In this document: in pieces, positions 16,207 through 24,966 of the stretch | How positions within the stretch are numbered: position 1 is the first letter of the stretch | How the letters are laid out: each line of letters begins with the position of its first letter | NCBI GenBank assembly: GCA_963773095.1 | Contig: CAVYZY010000012.1 | Coordinates: forward strand, 123,130 to 187,129 | Source of the DNA: an uncultured Gemmatimonadales bacterium | GTDB lineage: Bacteria > Gemmatimonadota > Gemmatimonadetes > Gemmatimonadales > GWC2-71-9 | Reading direction: 5' to 3' | Length of the DNA: 64,000 nucleotides | Notes under the pieces: model-generated | The model's input: the letters and a program-made list of their open reading frames with translations, nothing else | The model's database searches: none | What the model was told of the DNA's origin: nothing | Made by a program: the position numbers and the translations under genes

Positions 16207-17835
16207 CTACTCCGCCCCCATGTACGGATAGCGATAGTCCGTGGGCGAGACGAGCGTCTCCTTGATGCTGCGGGGCGAGACCCAGCGCACCAGGTTGAGG
16301 ATCGATCCCGCCTTGTCGTTCGTGCCGCTCGCACGCGCGCCCCCGAACGGCTGCTGACCCACGACCGCTCCAGTGGGCTTGTCGTTCAGGTAGAAGTTGC
16401 CGGCGGCGTTCCGCAACACCTGGCTTGCCTCGGCCAGCGCCGCGCGGTCGCGCGCAAACACCGCTCCGGTGAGGGCGTAGGGGCTGGTGCCGTTGACCAG
16501 CTCGAGCGTCTCGCGCCACTTCCCCGCCGGGTACACGTGCACCGTCATCACCGGACCGAACAGCTCTTCGCACATGAGGCGGTACTTGGGGTCTTCGGTG
16601 GTGACCAGGGTGGGCTGGATGAACCAGCCCTCCTTGTCGTCGCATCCGCCGCCGGCGACGACCTTCACACCCTGAGCCGTCTTCGTCGCATCGAGGTAGC
16701 CCCTGATGCGCTCGAACGCTTTCCGGTCGATCACCGCACCCATGAAGTTCCGGAAATCGGCTACGTCGCCCATCCTGATGTCGGCGATCATCGCCATCAT
16801 CCGGTCGCGCACCTCGGACCAGAGCGTGTCGGGGATGTACGCCCTGGACGCGGCGCTGCACTTCTGCCCCTGGTACTCGTACGCCCCCCGTACCAGCCCC
16901 ACCGCCACCGCGGCAGGGTCGGCACTCTGGTGCGCCACGACGAAGTCCTTGCCACCGGTCTCGCCCACGATCCGCGGATACGAGACGTACTTGTCGAGCC
17001 GGCTCGCGACCTGGTGCCAGATCTGCCGGAAGACGGCCGTCGACCCGGTGAAATGTATGCCGGCGAAGTACGGCTCCTCCACCAGCGTCGCCGTGCACAT
17101 CACCGGCTCGGCAGGCACGAAGTTGATCACGCCCGGCGGCAGCCCGGCGGTTTCGAGGAGCCGGTACACGTAGTAGTTGCTCAGCAGCGCCGCGTGCGAC
17201 GGCTTCCACACCGCGGTGTTGCCCATGAGCGCCGGCGCGCCCGGCAGGTTTCCGCCGATCGCCGTGAAGTTGAATGGCGTGACCGCATAGACGAAGCCTT
17301 CGAGCGGACGGTGCTCCATCCGGTTCCACACACCGGGCGACGATTCCGGCTGCTCGCGGTAGAGGCGCTCGGCATAGGCGACGTTGAAGCGGAAGAAGTC
17401 GATGAGCTCGCACGCGCTGTCGATTTCCGCCTGGAACGCGGTCTTGCTCTGCCCCAGCATCGTGGCGCCGTTGAGCAGCGCGCGGTGCGTGGTGGCGAGC
17501 ATGTCGGCCGCGCGGAGGAACACCGCCGCGCGGTCCTCGAACTGCATCGCTGCCCACTCCCGCTGCGACGCGATCGCCGACTTCGCAGCCGCCCGCACCG
17601 TGTCGGCGGTGGCGAGGTGCGCCCGCGCGATGACGTGCCGGTGCTTGTGTGGCGACGTGACCTCGAACATGTCACCACTGCGGATTTCCTTCCCGCCGAC
17701 GATGGCCGGGATATCGGCTACCTCGCCCGACAGCCGGCCCAGCTCGGCCTTGAGCGTCGCGCGCTCGGGCGAACCCGGCGCATAGGAAAGGATCGGTTCG
17801 TTCCGCGGGGACGGGATGTTCGGAATGCCACTCAT
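16207..17835 (-). CDS. pruA: L-glutamate gamma-semialdehyde (1-pyrroline-5-carboxylate) dehydrogenase
   Basis: 542 aa. Long-form P5CDH N-terminus (PSPRNEPILSYAPGSPERATLKAEL), ALDH catalytic Glu (VGETGGKD) and Cys (EYQGQKCSAASR). Confidence 0.9.
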   Translation of the reverse strand: MSGIPNIPSPRNEPILSYAPGSPERATLKAELGRLSGEVADIPAIVGGKEIRSGDMFEVTSPHKHRHVIARAHLATADTVRAAAKSAIASQREWAAMQFEDRAAVFLRAADMLATTHRALLNGATMLGQSKTAFQAEIDSACELIDFFRFNVAYAERLYREQPESSPGVWNRMEHRPLEGFVYAVTPFNFTAIGGNLPGAPALMGNTAVWKPSHAALLSNYYVYRLLETAGLPPGVINFVPAEPVMCTATLVEEPYFAGIHFTGSTAVFRQIWHQVASRLDKYVSYPRIVGETGGKDFVVAHQSADPAAVAVGLVRGAYEYQGQKCSAASRAYIPDTLWSEVRDRMMAMIADIRMGDVADFRNFMGAVIDRKAFERIRGYLDATKTAQGVKVVAGGGCDDKEGWFIQPTLVTTEDPKYRLMCEELFGPVMTVHVYPAGKWRETLELVNGTSPYALTGAVFARDRAALAEASQVLRNAAGNFYLNDKPTGAVVGQQPFGGARASGTNDKAGSILNLVRWVSPRSIKETLVSPTDYRYPYMGAE

Positions 17836-18911
17836 TGCCGGGACCTGGATGGAGATGGGCTGGGATTATACATCGGCAGGAGGCCGGCTGGCGGAGTGCC
17901 GATGACCATCGGTGACGGCAGCACGACGAAGCCGTTCTTCTGCAGGATGGCGCGGCCGTCCTCCGAAAGCGCAAACCGGACGAACGCCGCGGCGAGGACC
18001 GGATGCGGCGCACCAACCGGGATGGTCAGGGCGTAAACGATGGGCTCGCCACGCAGCGTGAGTGAATCACGCCCGCTGCGGCTGGCGCCCGGGATGCGAA
18101 CGCTCGCCGACTCGTACGCCTTCGCGAGCGCGGGATCGCTCAGGTCGATCGCCTTCGGCAGGGTCAGGTACCGGAGCCCGCTCGTCTCCGCCAGCGAGCG
18201 ATAGCTCCAGGCGTAGTCCAGTTCGCCGGCCTGGAGCAGCGCCGTGAGGTCAGCTTCCTTGGGGCGCTGGTAGCGCGGCGGCATGGCGGCATCGAGGCGC
18301 CGCGCCAGCCCCGGCTGGCGGTAGTATCGCTCGGCCAGCTGCAGCACGATCATCGTGCGATAGCCGTTCGGGTCGAGTGCCGGGTCGGAGTGGCCGGTGC
18401 GCACACCCTTCCTGAGCAGCACCTGCCACCAGTTGGTACTGTCGATTGCGGCGGCATCGATCGAGCGGTCAGTGTAGGCAAGCACCATGGCGTTGCGCGC
18501 GAAGTTCGCGTACCAGGTGGCGAACTTTGGCCGCAGCAGGTCGTCGATGACGTTGTAATCAGCCACCGCGAGCACGTCCGGGATCTTGCCGAGTTCGGTG
18601 AGCTTTCGCGCCGCCTCGAGGCTGCCGGAGTTCTCCTGGGCGGGCGTCACCGCGGGGTTGACGGCCCGGAAGGCCTCCAGCAGTTCACGAAATGGGCGGG
18701 CCAGGCTCCCAGCGTTGTAGACCACCAGCGGTCCGCCCAGGGCCTGGGCGCTGGCAGGGGCCGGAGCCGCCGCCAGGACGAGCGCCAGCAGGATCCATGA
18801 CCGGTTCCAGTGCCCGGTTTGCGCCGGAATCGATCGTTGCCGATACTTGTGTCCGCCCCGGGCGCCGCCCGGAACCCACTGCCACCAATCTCGGAACCCG
18901 GACTGCTTCAT
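17832..18911 (-). CDS. WtpA/ModA-like periplasmic oxyanion (tungstate/molybdate-type) binding protein, orphan
   Basis: 359 aa. VVYNAGSLARPF...NSGSLEAARKLTELGKIPDVLAVADYNVID...ALDPNGYRTMIVLQLAERYY...GELDYAWSYRSLA aligns by eye with the archaeal WtpA pattern. The stop overlaps the pruA start (ATGA). The start is uncertain because the pre-signal region is unusually long. Confidence 0.7.
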   Translation of the reverse strand: MKQSGFRDWWQWVPGGARGGHKYRQRSIPAQTGHWNRSWILLALVLAAAPAPASAQALGGPLVVYNAGSLARPFRELLEAFRAVNPAVTPAQENSGSLEAARKLTELGKIPDVLAVADYNVIDDLLRPKFATWYANFARNAMVLAYTDRSIDAAAIDSTNWWQVLLRKGVRTGHSDPALDPNGYRTMIVLQLAERYYRQPGLARRLDAAMPPRYQRPKEADLTALLQAGELDYAWSYRSLAETSGLRYLTLPKAIDLSDPALAKAYESASVRIPGASRSGRDSLTLRGEPIVYALTIPVGAPHPVLAAAFVRFALSEDGRAILQKNGFVVLPSPMVIGTPPAGLLPMYNPSPSPSRSRQ

Positions 18912-19293
18912 GCGCCGTCTCCTCGGATGTCTCGCCGCCGTCGCCCTCGCCGGCTGCCCGACCTATGACCGCTACGACAGGCTGGCCGACCAGAAGGGCA
19001 TGCTGACTGCGGACCAGTTCGCCAGCTACGGCCCGGAGCAGGCCCAGAAGATCGCCATCGGCCGTGCCCTGGCGCAGGCGTACGACGGCAAGAGCACGCC
19101 CGACTTTGCCGCGCAGATGGGAGTGGCGGTCGCCTTCGCGAAGACGATGCCCGATGTGGTGGACATCAAGGCCGACACCCTCGCCTACTTCCTGACCGTC
19201 AAGTTCAAGAGCGGCTGGCACACTGCCGTGCTCCCGATTGCCGACGGCAAGGCGCCGCAGGATACGCCGGGCCTGCCGAAGGCCACGAGCTGA
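18910..19293 (+). CDS. Hypothetical lipoprotein
   Basis: Internal ATG at 18910 gives MRRLLGCLAAVALAGC (lipobox LAGC). The track ORF starts earlier (18847) with a non-signal-like extension. Confidence 0.55.
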   Translation: MRRLLGCLAAVALAGCPTYDRYDRLADQKGMLTADQFASYGPEQAQKIAIGRALAQAYDGKSTPDFAAQMGVAVAFAKTMPDVVDIKADTLAYFLTVKFKSGWHTAVLPIADGKAPQDTPGLPKATS

Positions 19294-19319
19294 AAATACA
19301 CTCGACCTCCGGAGCTCCC

Positions 19320-19589
19320 GTGAAGCGCAGCACGCTGGTCACCGTTGGCGCGATCGTCGTGTTCGGTGCCTACCTCCTCTACAGCACGCTCACGTCGCAG
19401 AAGCACGCCTGCACCGTGACCGTCACCTACCAGGGCCGCACCGGCACCGCCACGGCGTCGGCGGCATCCAAGAATGACGCGATGCAGCAGGCACAGACCA
19501 CGGCGTGCGGGCCGATCACGAGCGGCATGAACGAGTCGATCGCCTGCAGCAACACACCGCCCACCAAGACCGAATGCCAGACGCTCTGA
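19320..19589 (+). CDS. Small membrane-anchored four-cysteine protein, hypothetical
   Basis: 89 aa. N-terminal TM (LVTVGAIVVFGAYLLYSTL). Four Cys residues in the extracytoplasmic part. Confidence 0.45.
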   Translation: MKRSTLVTVGAIVVFGAYLLYSTLTSQKHACTVTVTYQGRTGTATASAASKNDAMQQAQTTACGPITSGMNESIACSNTPPTKTECQTL

Positions 19590-19590
19590 G

Positions 19591-20943
19591 GTGACGCGGC
19601 GCTTCGCGTTTCCTCATCCGCTGATCCTGCTGTTGAGCTGCGTGGCCGTCGCGGCCGCCCTCACCTGGGTGGTACCCGCCGGCGCCTACGACCGACGCGA
19701 TGACCCTGCGACGGGTCGGGCGGTGGTCGTCGCGGGCACGTATCACCGGGTGGACCCGGCGCCCGTCGGCCCGTTCCAGGCCCTGGTTGCCGTGCCCAGG
19801 GGACTGATCGACGCCGCGAGCGTCATCTTCCTGGTGTTCCTGTCGGGCGGTGCCTTCACGGTGGTGGATCGCACCGGCGCGCTCCGCCGGCTGGTGGATG
19901 TGCTGGCGCGGCGCCTCGAGGGTCGCGGCGTGCTGGTCATCCCGGTCGTCGGGCTCGCCTTCGTCGCCGGCGGAGCACTGATGCAGATGTCAGAGGAGCT
20001 GGTGGCCTTTGCCCCGCTCATGCTGCTCATCTGCGCCTCGCTCGGCCTGCCTCCCGTCATGGCCGTGGCGACCAGCCTCGGCACGGCCACGATCGCCGCG
20101 GCCTTCTCACCGGTCGATCCGTTCATGGTGGCGATCGCACAGAAGGTGGCCCAGGTTCCAGTCGGGTCGGGCTGGGGCTTCCGCACGGTAATCCTCGCGC
20201 TTGCCATGGCCTACTGGCTCTGGAGCATCACCCGCTATGCCGCGTGCCACGCCAATCCGCCCGCCACGGTCGTGACCGGTGACGAGCGGGACAGAGCCCT
20301 GACGCCGCGGCACATGCTCGTGATCGCCGTGGTGGGGATCACGTTCCTGTTCTTCGGCATCGGGGCGCAGCAGTGGGGCTGGGACTTCGACAAGCTCGCG
20401 ACGCTGTTCCTGATCATGGGACTCGTGTCCGGGGCGATCGGGGGGCTCGGTTTCTCGGGCACCGCCGACGCGCTGGTCGCCGGCGCGCGTGACATGACTT
20501 TCAGCGCGATCCTGATCGGCGTGGCACGCGGCATCTTCGTGGTGCTCGACCAGGGACACATCGTGGACTCACTGGTGCACGCCATCGTCACGCCCCTCGA
20601 GGGACTTCCGGTGACGTTCGCCGCGCTCGGCATGTTCGCCGCCCAGGCGCTGATTCACATCCCCGTGCCCAGCACCAGTGGACAGGCAGTGCTGACAATG
20701 CCGATCCTGGCACCGGTATCCGACCTCATCGGGCTCTCGCGCCAGGTCACGGTGCTCGCCTACCAGCTCGGCAACGGCACGTTCGACCTGCTCTTCCCCA
20801 CGAACGGGCCGCTGCTCGCCCTGCTGGCCGTTTCCGGCGTCCGGTTCGACGACTGGTTCAAGTGGGCACTGCCGCGCTGCCTCATCCTCGCGGCCTTCGG
20901 ATGCGTGGCCATCGTGGTGGCGGTCGCGATCGGGTGGCATTGA
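19591..20943 (+). CDS. YfcC/DcuC-like (C4-dicarboxylate anaerobic carrier family) membrane transporter
   Basis: 450 aa, polytopic. FPHPLILLLSCVAVAAALTWVVPAGAYDRRDDPATGRAVVVAGTYHRV is the typical YfcC-family N-terminal loop. Confidence 0.75.
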   Translation: MTRRFAFPHPLILLLSCVAVAAALTWVVPAGAYDRRDDPATGRAVVVAGTYHRVDPAPVGPFQALVAVPRGLIDAASVIFLVFLSGGAFTVVDRTGALRRLVDVLARRLEGRGVLVIPVVGLAFVAGGALMQMSEELVAFAPLMLLICASLGLPPVMAVATSLGTATIAAAFSPVDPFMVAIAQKVAQVPVGSGWGFRTVILALAMAYWLWSITRYAACHANPPATVVTGDERDRALTPRHMLVIAVVGITFLFFGIGAQQWGWDFDKLATLFLIMGLVSGAIGGLGFSGTADALVAGARDMTFSAILIGVARGIFVVLDQGHIVDSLVHAIVTPLEGLPVTFAALGMFAAQALIHIPVPSTSGQAVLTMPILAPVSDLIGLSRQVTVLAYQLGNGTFDLLFPTNGPLLALLAVSGVRFDDWFKWALPRCLILAAFGCVAIVVAVAIGWH

Positions 20944-20953
20944 GGTGGCGCTG

Positions 20954-22564
20954 ATGGACCGGAGGGAATTCCTGGCGAGCGGCGCTGCAGCCGCGGTCGC
21001 AACACAGCTCGGCGCCTGCCGTCCGGAGGCCGCCAAGCCTCCAGCGGCGCCGACGGCCGCGTTCGAACTCGACGAGATCACGATCGCGCAGGTGCAGGAC
21101 GGGATCGCCTCGGGGCGGTTCACGTCGACGACGATCACGAGGCAGTACCTCGATCGCATCGCCACGGTGGATCACTCCGGGCCTTCCGTCAACTCGGTCA
21201 TCGAGCTCAACCCCGAGGCCCTGGCGGATGCCGCCCGGCTCGACGCCGAGCGCAAGGCGGGCAAGTCCCGCGGCCCGCTCCATGGCGTGCCCGTCCTCAT
21301 CAAGGACAACATCGACACCGGCGACCGGATGCGGACGAGCGCCGGGTCCTGGGCGCTGGCCGACATGCCCGCCCCGCGCGACGCGTTCGTGGTGGAGCGG
21401 CTCCGCGCAGCCGGGGCGTTGATCCTGGGCAAGACCAATCCCAGCGAATGGGCCAACTTCCGTTCGTCGCATTCGACCAGCGGCTGGAGCGGCCGCGGCG
21501 GACAGACGCGCAATCCGTACGTCCTCGACCGCAATCCGTGCGGCTCGAGTTCCGGCACCGGGGCAGCCATCAGCGCCAACCTTGCCGCGGTGGGTGTCGG
21601 GACGGAGACGGACGGGTCGGTGGTCTGCCCGAGCACGGCCAACGGACTCGTCGGGCTCAAGCCCACGGTCGGGCTCGTGAGTCGCTCGGGCATCATCCCG
21701 ATCTCGGCAAGCCAGGACACCGCGGGCCCCATGGCGCGCACGGTACGCGACGCCGCCATCCTGCTCAACGCCATGATCGGCGTCGACCCGGCCGATGCCG
21801 CCACCGCCGCGGTGCCCGACGGCGGTGCCGCCGACTTCACCACCTTCCTGTCCTCGGGGGGCCTGGGCGGCGCGCGGCTCGGCGTGCTGCGGCGCTACTT
21901 CGGGGGGCTGCCGGCACTCGACCAGCTGATGGAGGACTCGCTGACCGCGCTGCGCGACGGCGGCGCCGTGCTGGTCGATCCCGTCGACATCGTCACGGTG
22001 CCGAAGCTCGGGGCTCCCGAGTTCGAGGTGCTGCTCTACGAGTTCAAGGACGGCATCAACCGGTATCTCGCGGGGCGCGGCGCCAGCACCAAGTACCACA
22101 CCCTCACCGAACTCATCGAATTCAACCGGGCCAACGCGGCGAAGGAGATGCCCTGGTTCGGGCAGGAGACGTTCGAGCTGGCCGAGAAGAAGGGGCCCCT
22201 CACGGAGCCGGCGTATCACCGCGCGCGCGCGGATTGCCGTCGACTCGCGCGCGCAGAAGGCATCGACGCAACGCTCAAGCGCTATCATCTGGACGCCATC
22301 GTCTGTCCCACCGGCGGACCGGCGTGGGTGACCGACCTGGTGAACGGAGATCACTTCGGACTGGCAGGTGATAGCTCGACACCGGCCGCGGTGGCCGGCT
22401 ATCCGCACATCACGGTGCCGGCGGGATTCGTGGACGGGCTGCCGGTGGGAGTGTCCTTCATGGGCCCGGCGTGGAGCGAGGGGCGCTTGCTGCGCTACGC
22501 CTTCGCTTTCGAGCGCGCCACCACGGCGCGGCGCGCGCCGGAGTTCCGGCCCACCATCGGCTAG
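20954..22564 (+). CDS. Amidase-signature family amidase, exported (Tat-like signal)
   Basis: MDRREFLASGAAAAVATQLGAC signal (alternative GTG start at 20945). PLHGVPVLIKDNIDT and the NPCGSSSGTGAAI Ser-cisSer-Lys signature region. Confidence 0.88.
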   Translation: MDRREFLASGAAAAVATQLGACRPEAAKPPAAPTAAFELDEITIAQVQDGIASGRFTSTTITRQYLDRIATVDHSGPSVNSVIELNPEALADAARLDAERKAGKSRGPLHGVPVLIKDNIDTGDRMRTSAGSWALADMPAPRDAFVVERLRAAGALILGKTNPSEWANFRSSHSTSGWSGRGGQTRNPYVLDRNPCGSSSGTGAAISANLAAVGVGTETDGSVVCPSTANGLVGLKPTVGLVSRSGIIPISASQDTAGPMARTVRDAAILLNAMIGVDPADAATAAVPDGGAADFTTFLSSGGLGGARLGVLRRYFGGLPALDQLMEDSLTALRDGGAVLVDPVDIVTVPKLGAPEFEVLLYEFKDGINRYLAGRGASTKYHTLTELIEFNRANAAKEMPWFGQETFELAEKKGPLTEPAYHRARADCRRLARAEGIDATLKRYHLDAIVCPTGGPAWVTDLVNGDHFGLAGDSSTPAAVAGYPHITVPAGFVDGLPVGVSFMGPAWSEGRLLRYAFAFERATTARRAPEFRPTIG

Positions 22565-22573
22565 GTACCCGCC

Positions 22574-24172
22574 TCAGCCGGGGACGAGTACGCGCTCCTC
22601 CTCGAAGATCTTCCGCGCCACGAGGAAGCCCGGCACCCCGCTCACCGCGCCGCCCCGCAACGCCGACGACCCGCACCGATACACGCCCCTCATGTCCGTC
22701 TCGACACCCCAGGTTCCGTCCTCTTCTGGTTCGTCGGTGAAGAACCAGCTCAGCGAGTTGTGGAAGATGTTGCCCTGGTCGAGGTCGAGTTCACGCTCGA
22801 GGTCCTGCGGCGACTTGATCTCGATGCAGAGCCCGCCCTTGCCGTCGCGTGCCAGGCAGTCCTCGAACGGCTCGGCGGTGACGCGGTTGAGCGCGGCAAG
22901 GTAGCGCCGCTTCATCTCCTCCTTCCGCTCCGCTTCATCCTTCGCGAAGAGCCGGTATGGCGCATCGAGCCCGAACAAGGTGAGCGTCTGGTACCCATCG
23001 GCCCGGAGCGCCGGCGAGAGAATCGAGTCGTCGGTGAGGGTATGGCAGTAGATCTCGAAGGGTGGCTGCTCCGGTAGTGCGCTGGCCTCCGCCTGCCGGT
23101 AGCTGGTTTCCATCGCGGCGTAGCCCTCATCCACGTGGAACGATCCTGCAAACGCCTCGGCGGGAGTGACGCCCGGTGCCCTGAGGCGCGGCAGGCGGCG
23201 GAGCAGCATGTTCACCTTCGTCACCGACCCCTCGTCGGTAGCGATGGGCGCGTATTCACGACCGAACAGTCGCGCGAAGGTGCGCGGACCGGCATTGACC
23301 AGGACGCGGTCGGCATCCACTGTGTGCTCGCGTCCGTAATGCTCGAAAACCACGGCATGCCGCTTTCCGAGGTCGTGCACTCCCAGCACCGGGCTGTTCA
23401 CCTCGATCCGGGCGTGACCGTCGGCCGCCCGGCGGATCAGGCCATCCACGAGGGTACGCATGGCACCGACGGGCACCCGCCACTCTCCTGTGCCCTGGCC
23501 AATGACGTGATAGAGGAAGCACCGGTTCTGGATCAGCGAGCGGTCGTGCGCATGGCTGAAGACGCCGATCTTCCCGTCGGTGAAGAGCAGCCCGCGCAGC
23601 ACGTCATCCTGCACGTGCCGTTCGATGGCCTCCCCCAGTGGCCGCTCCACGAAGCTTGCCCACGCCTCGCGTTGAACCGCACTCGCGGTGAACCGGTCGG
23701 CCCAGTAGGCCCGCGAGCGAATCGGATGCAGCAGGCTGGGCCACGCCTGTGCGGCGAGCGCCGCCTCGAGCCTGAGCAGCGCCTGGTATCCATCCCAGGC
23801 CCGGTCGCCGCCCGTCAGCTCGCGCATCGACGCCTTCGAGCGCGCCTCGTCCACGTTGGAGATGACGAGCCCGCGGGCGACACCCTCGCGCTCGTACGCC
23901 GTGAACGAGGCGACGGACCTGCGCCGCGTCTCGAAGCTGATCCCCAGTTCGTCGAGGATCAGCGGGGGAAGCAGGCTCACGAGGTAGGCGTATCTCGACA
24001 GGTAGGCGTCGTAGTCGGGGAAGACGCGCTGCGACGCCGTCGCGCCGCCGATCCAGTCGTTCCGCTCCAGCACCAGCACCGACTGGCCCGCGTTGGCCAG
24101 GTAGGCGGCGGCCACGAGGCCGTTGTGCCCGCTGCCCACGATCACGGCGTCATACCGGGTGGCGAATGTCAT
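22574..24172 (-). CDS. FAD-dependent oxidoreductase, phytoene-desaturase-related family
   Basis: 532 aa. N-terminal dinucleotide fold YDAVIVGSGHNGLVAAAYLANAGQSVLVLERNDWIGG. Confidence 0.8.
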   Translation of the reverse strand: MTFATRYDAVIVGSGHNGLVAAAYLANAGQSVLVLERNDWIGGATASQRVFPDYDAYLSRYAYLVSLLPPLILDELGISFETRRRSVASFTAYEREGVARGLVISNVDEARSKASMRELTGGDRAWDGYQALLRLEAALAAQAWPSLLHPIRSRAYWADRFTASAVQREAWASFVERPLGEAIERHVQDDVLRGLLFTDGKIGVFSHAHDRSLIQNRCFLYHVIGQGTGEWRVPVGAMRTLVDGLIRRAADGHARIEVNSPVLGVHDLGKRHAVVFEHYGREHTVDADRVLVNAGPRTFARLFGREYAPIATDEGSVTKVNMLLRRLPRLRAPGVTPAEAFAGSFHVDEGYAAMETSYRQAEASALPEQPPFEIYCHTLTDDSILSPALRADGYQTLTLFGLDAPYRLFAKDEAERKEEMKRRYLAALNRVTAEPFEDCLARDGKGGLCIEIKSPQDLERELDLDQGNIFHNSLSWFFTDEPEEDGTWGVETDMRGVYRCGSSALRGGAVSGVPGFLVARKIFEEERVLVPG

Positions 24173-24417
24173 CGATGCCTCGTGCGGGAAACGGTCATTG
24201 CGCCGGGCGCGGGTCAGCCGGAATATATGGCTTGGAGTGGGGCCCGACTGCCACTTGCGATTGGCTCAGCCGACCGCTGGATCGCCACACCGTGACACGC
24301 CGGCGTCCCTTCCGGGTATCATTCGGCGCGGGGACCCCAGCGCACTCCTGACAGCAACCAATGGACAGACCGGCATTTAGCCGGTCCGGACGGCAGCCCA
24401 GTCCGGGGGAGTGCAGG

Positions 24418-24433
24418 TGGCACCCGAGTTGCT
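24418..24433 (+). promoter_or_regulatory. Consensus sigma-54 promoter upstream of the GNAT/desaturase string
   Basis: TGGCACccgagTTGCT is a perfect match to TGGCAC-N5-TTGCW. The -12 element lies 51 nt upstream of the ATG at 24483. Confidence 0.7.
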
Positions 24434-24482
24434 GCCTCCGAGAGTAACGGCCTCGCGGAGGCCGCCCCGTGGGAGGAAGACA

Positions 24483-24908
24483 ATGCCCGAGGTCAAGATC
24501 AGCACGATGGACCAGGACGAGGACTTTGCCGCGTGGCTCACGGAGTTGCTGGAACGTGAGGCGGAAGAGGCCGGCCTGCCCACCGGGTTTGACGATCGAT
24601 ACATCGGCCTGACGGACGCGATCGGCGACTGGATCGGCGGCCTCCGCTACTACGTGCGCGGCGGTGTGGCCCACCTGCTCGACCTGGTCGTGGCGGAGGC
24701 CTACCGGAAGCAGGGCCACGCCCATCGGCTGCTCGCCGCCTTCGAGGAGCGCGCCGCGATGGAGGGTGCGCACCTCGCCGAGTTCTGGACCGACGACGAC
24801 CGCGCGGAGGGCCTGCTGGCCGCGCTCGGCTGGACTGTCGTCGTGCGCCGCACCCGCTACATGAACGAGGGCTCATGGACCCTCCTGGAGAAGCGCCTGT
24901 CGGAGTGA
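24483..24908 (+). CDS. GNAT family N-acetyltransferase
   Basis: ATG at 24483 preceded by GGGAGG. Motif A region LLDLVVAEAYRKQGHAHRLLAAFEERA. Confidence 0.75.
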   Translation: MPEVKISTMDQDEDFAAWLTELLEREAEEAGLPTGFDDRYIGLTDAIGDWIGGLRYYVRGGVAHLLDLVVAEAYRKQGHAHRLLAAFEERAAMEGAHLAEFWTDDDRAEGLLAALGWTVVVRRTRYMNEGSWTLLEKRLSE

Positions 24909-24966
24909 GCCGCTATATTTCCGCACCCGGTTGTGACCTCCGTATCAATCCTTATTCGAAGGTGAC

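Noticed and set aside
24173-24417. Possible tRNA/ncRNA or mobile-element remnant in the 310-bp intergenic region (also 51840-52050)
   Set aside because: I could identify no T-loop (GGTTCGAAT-like) or cloverleaf, no terminal inverted repeats, and no direct-repeat flanks. The region is treated as promoter/regulatory DNA.
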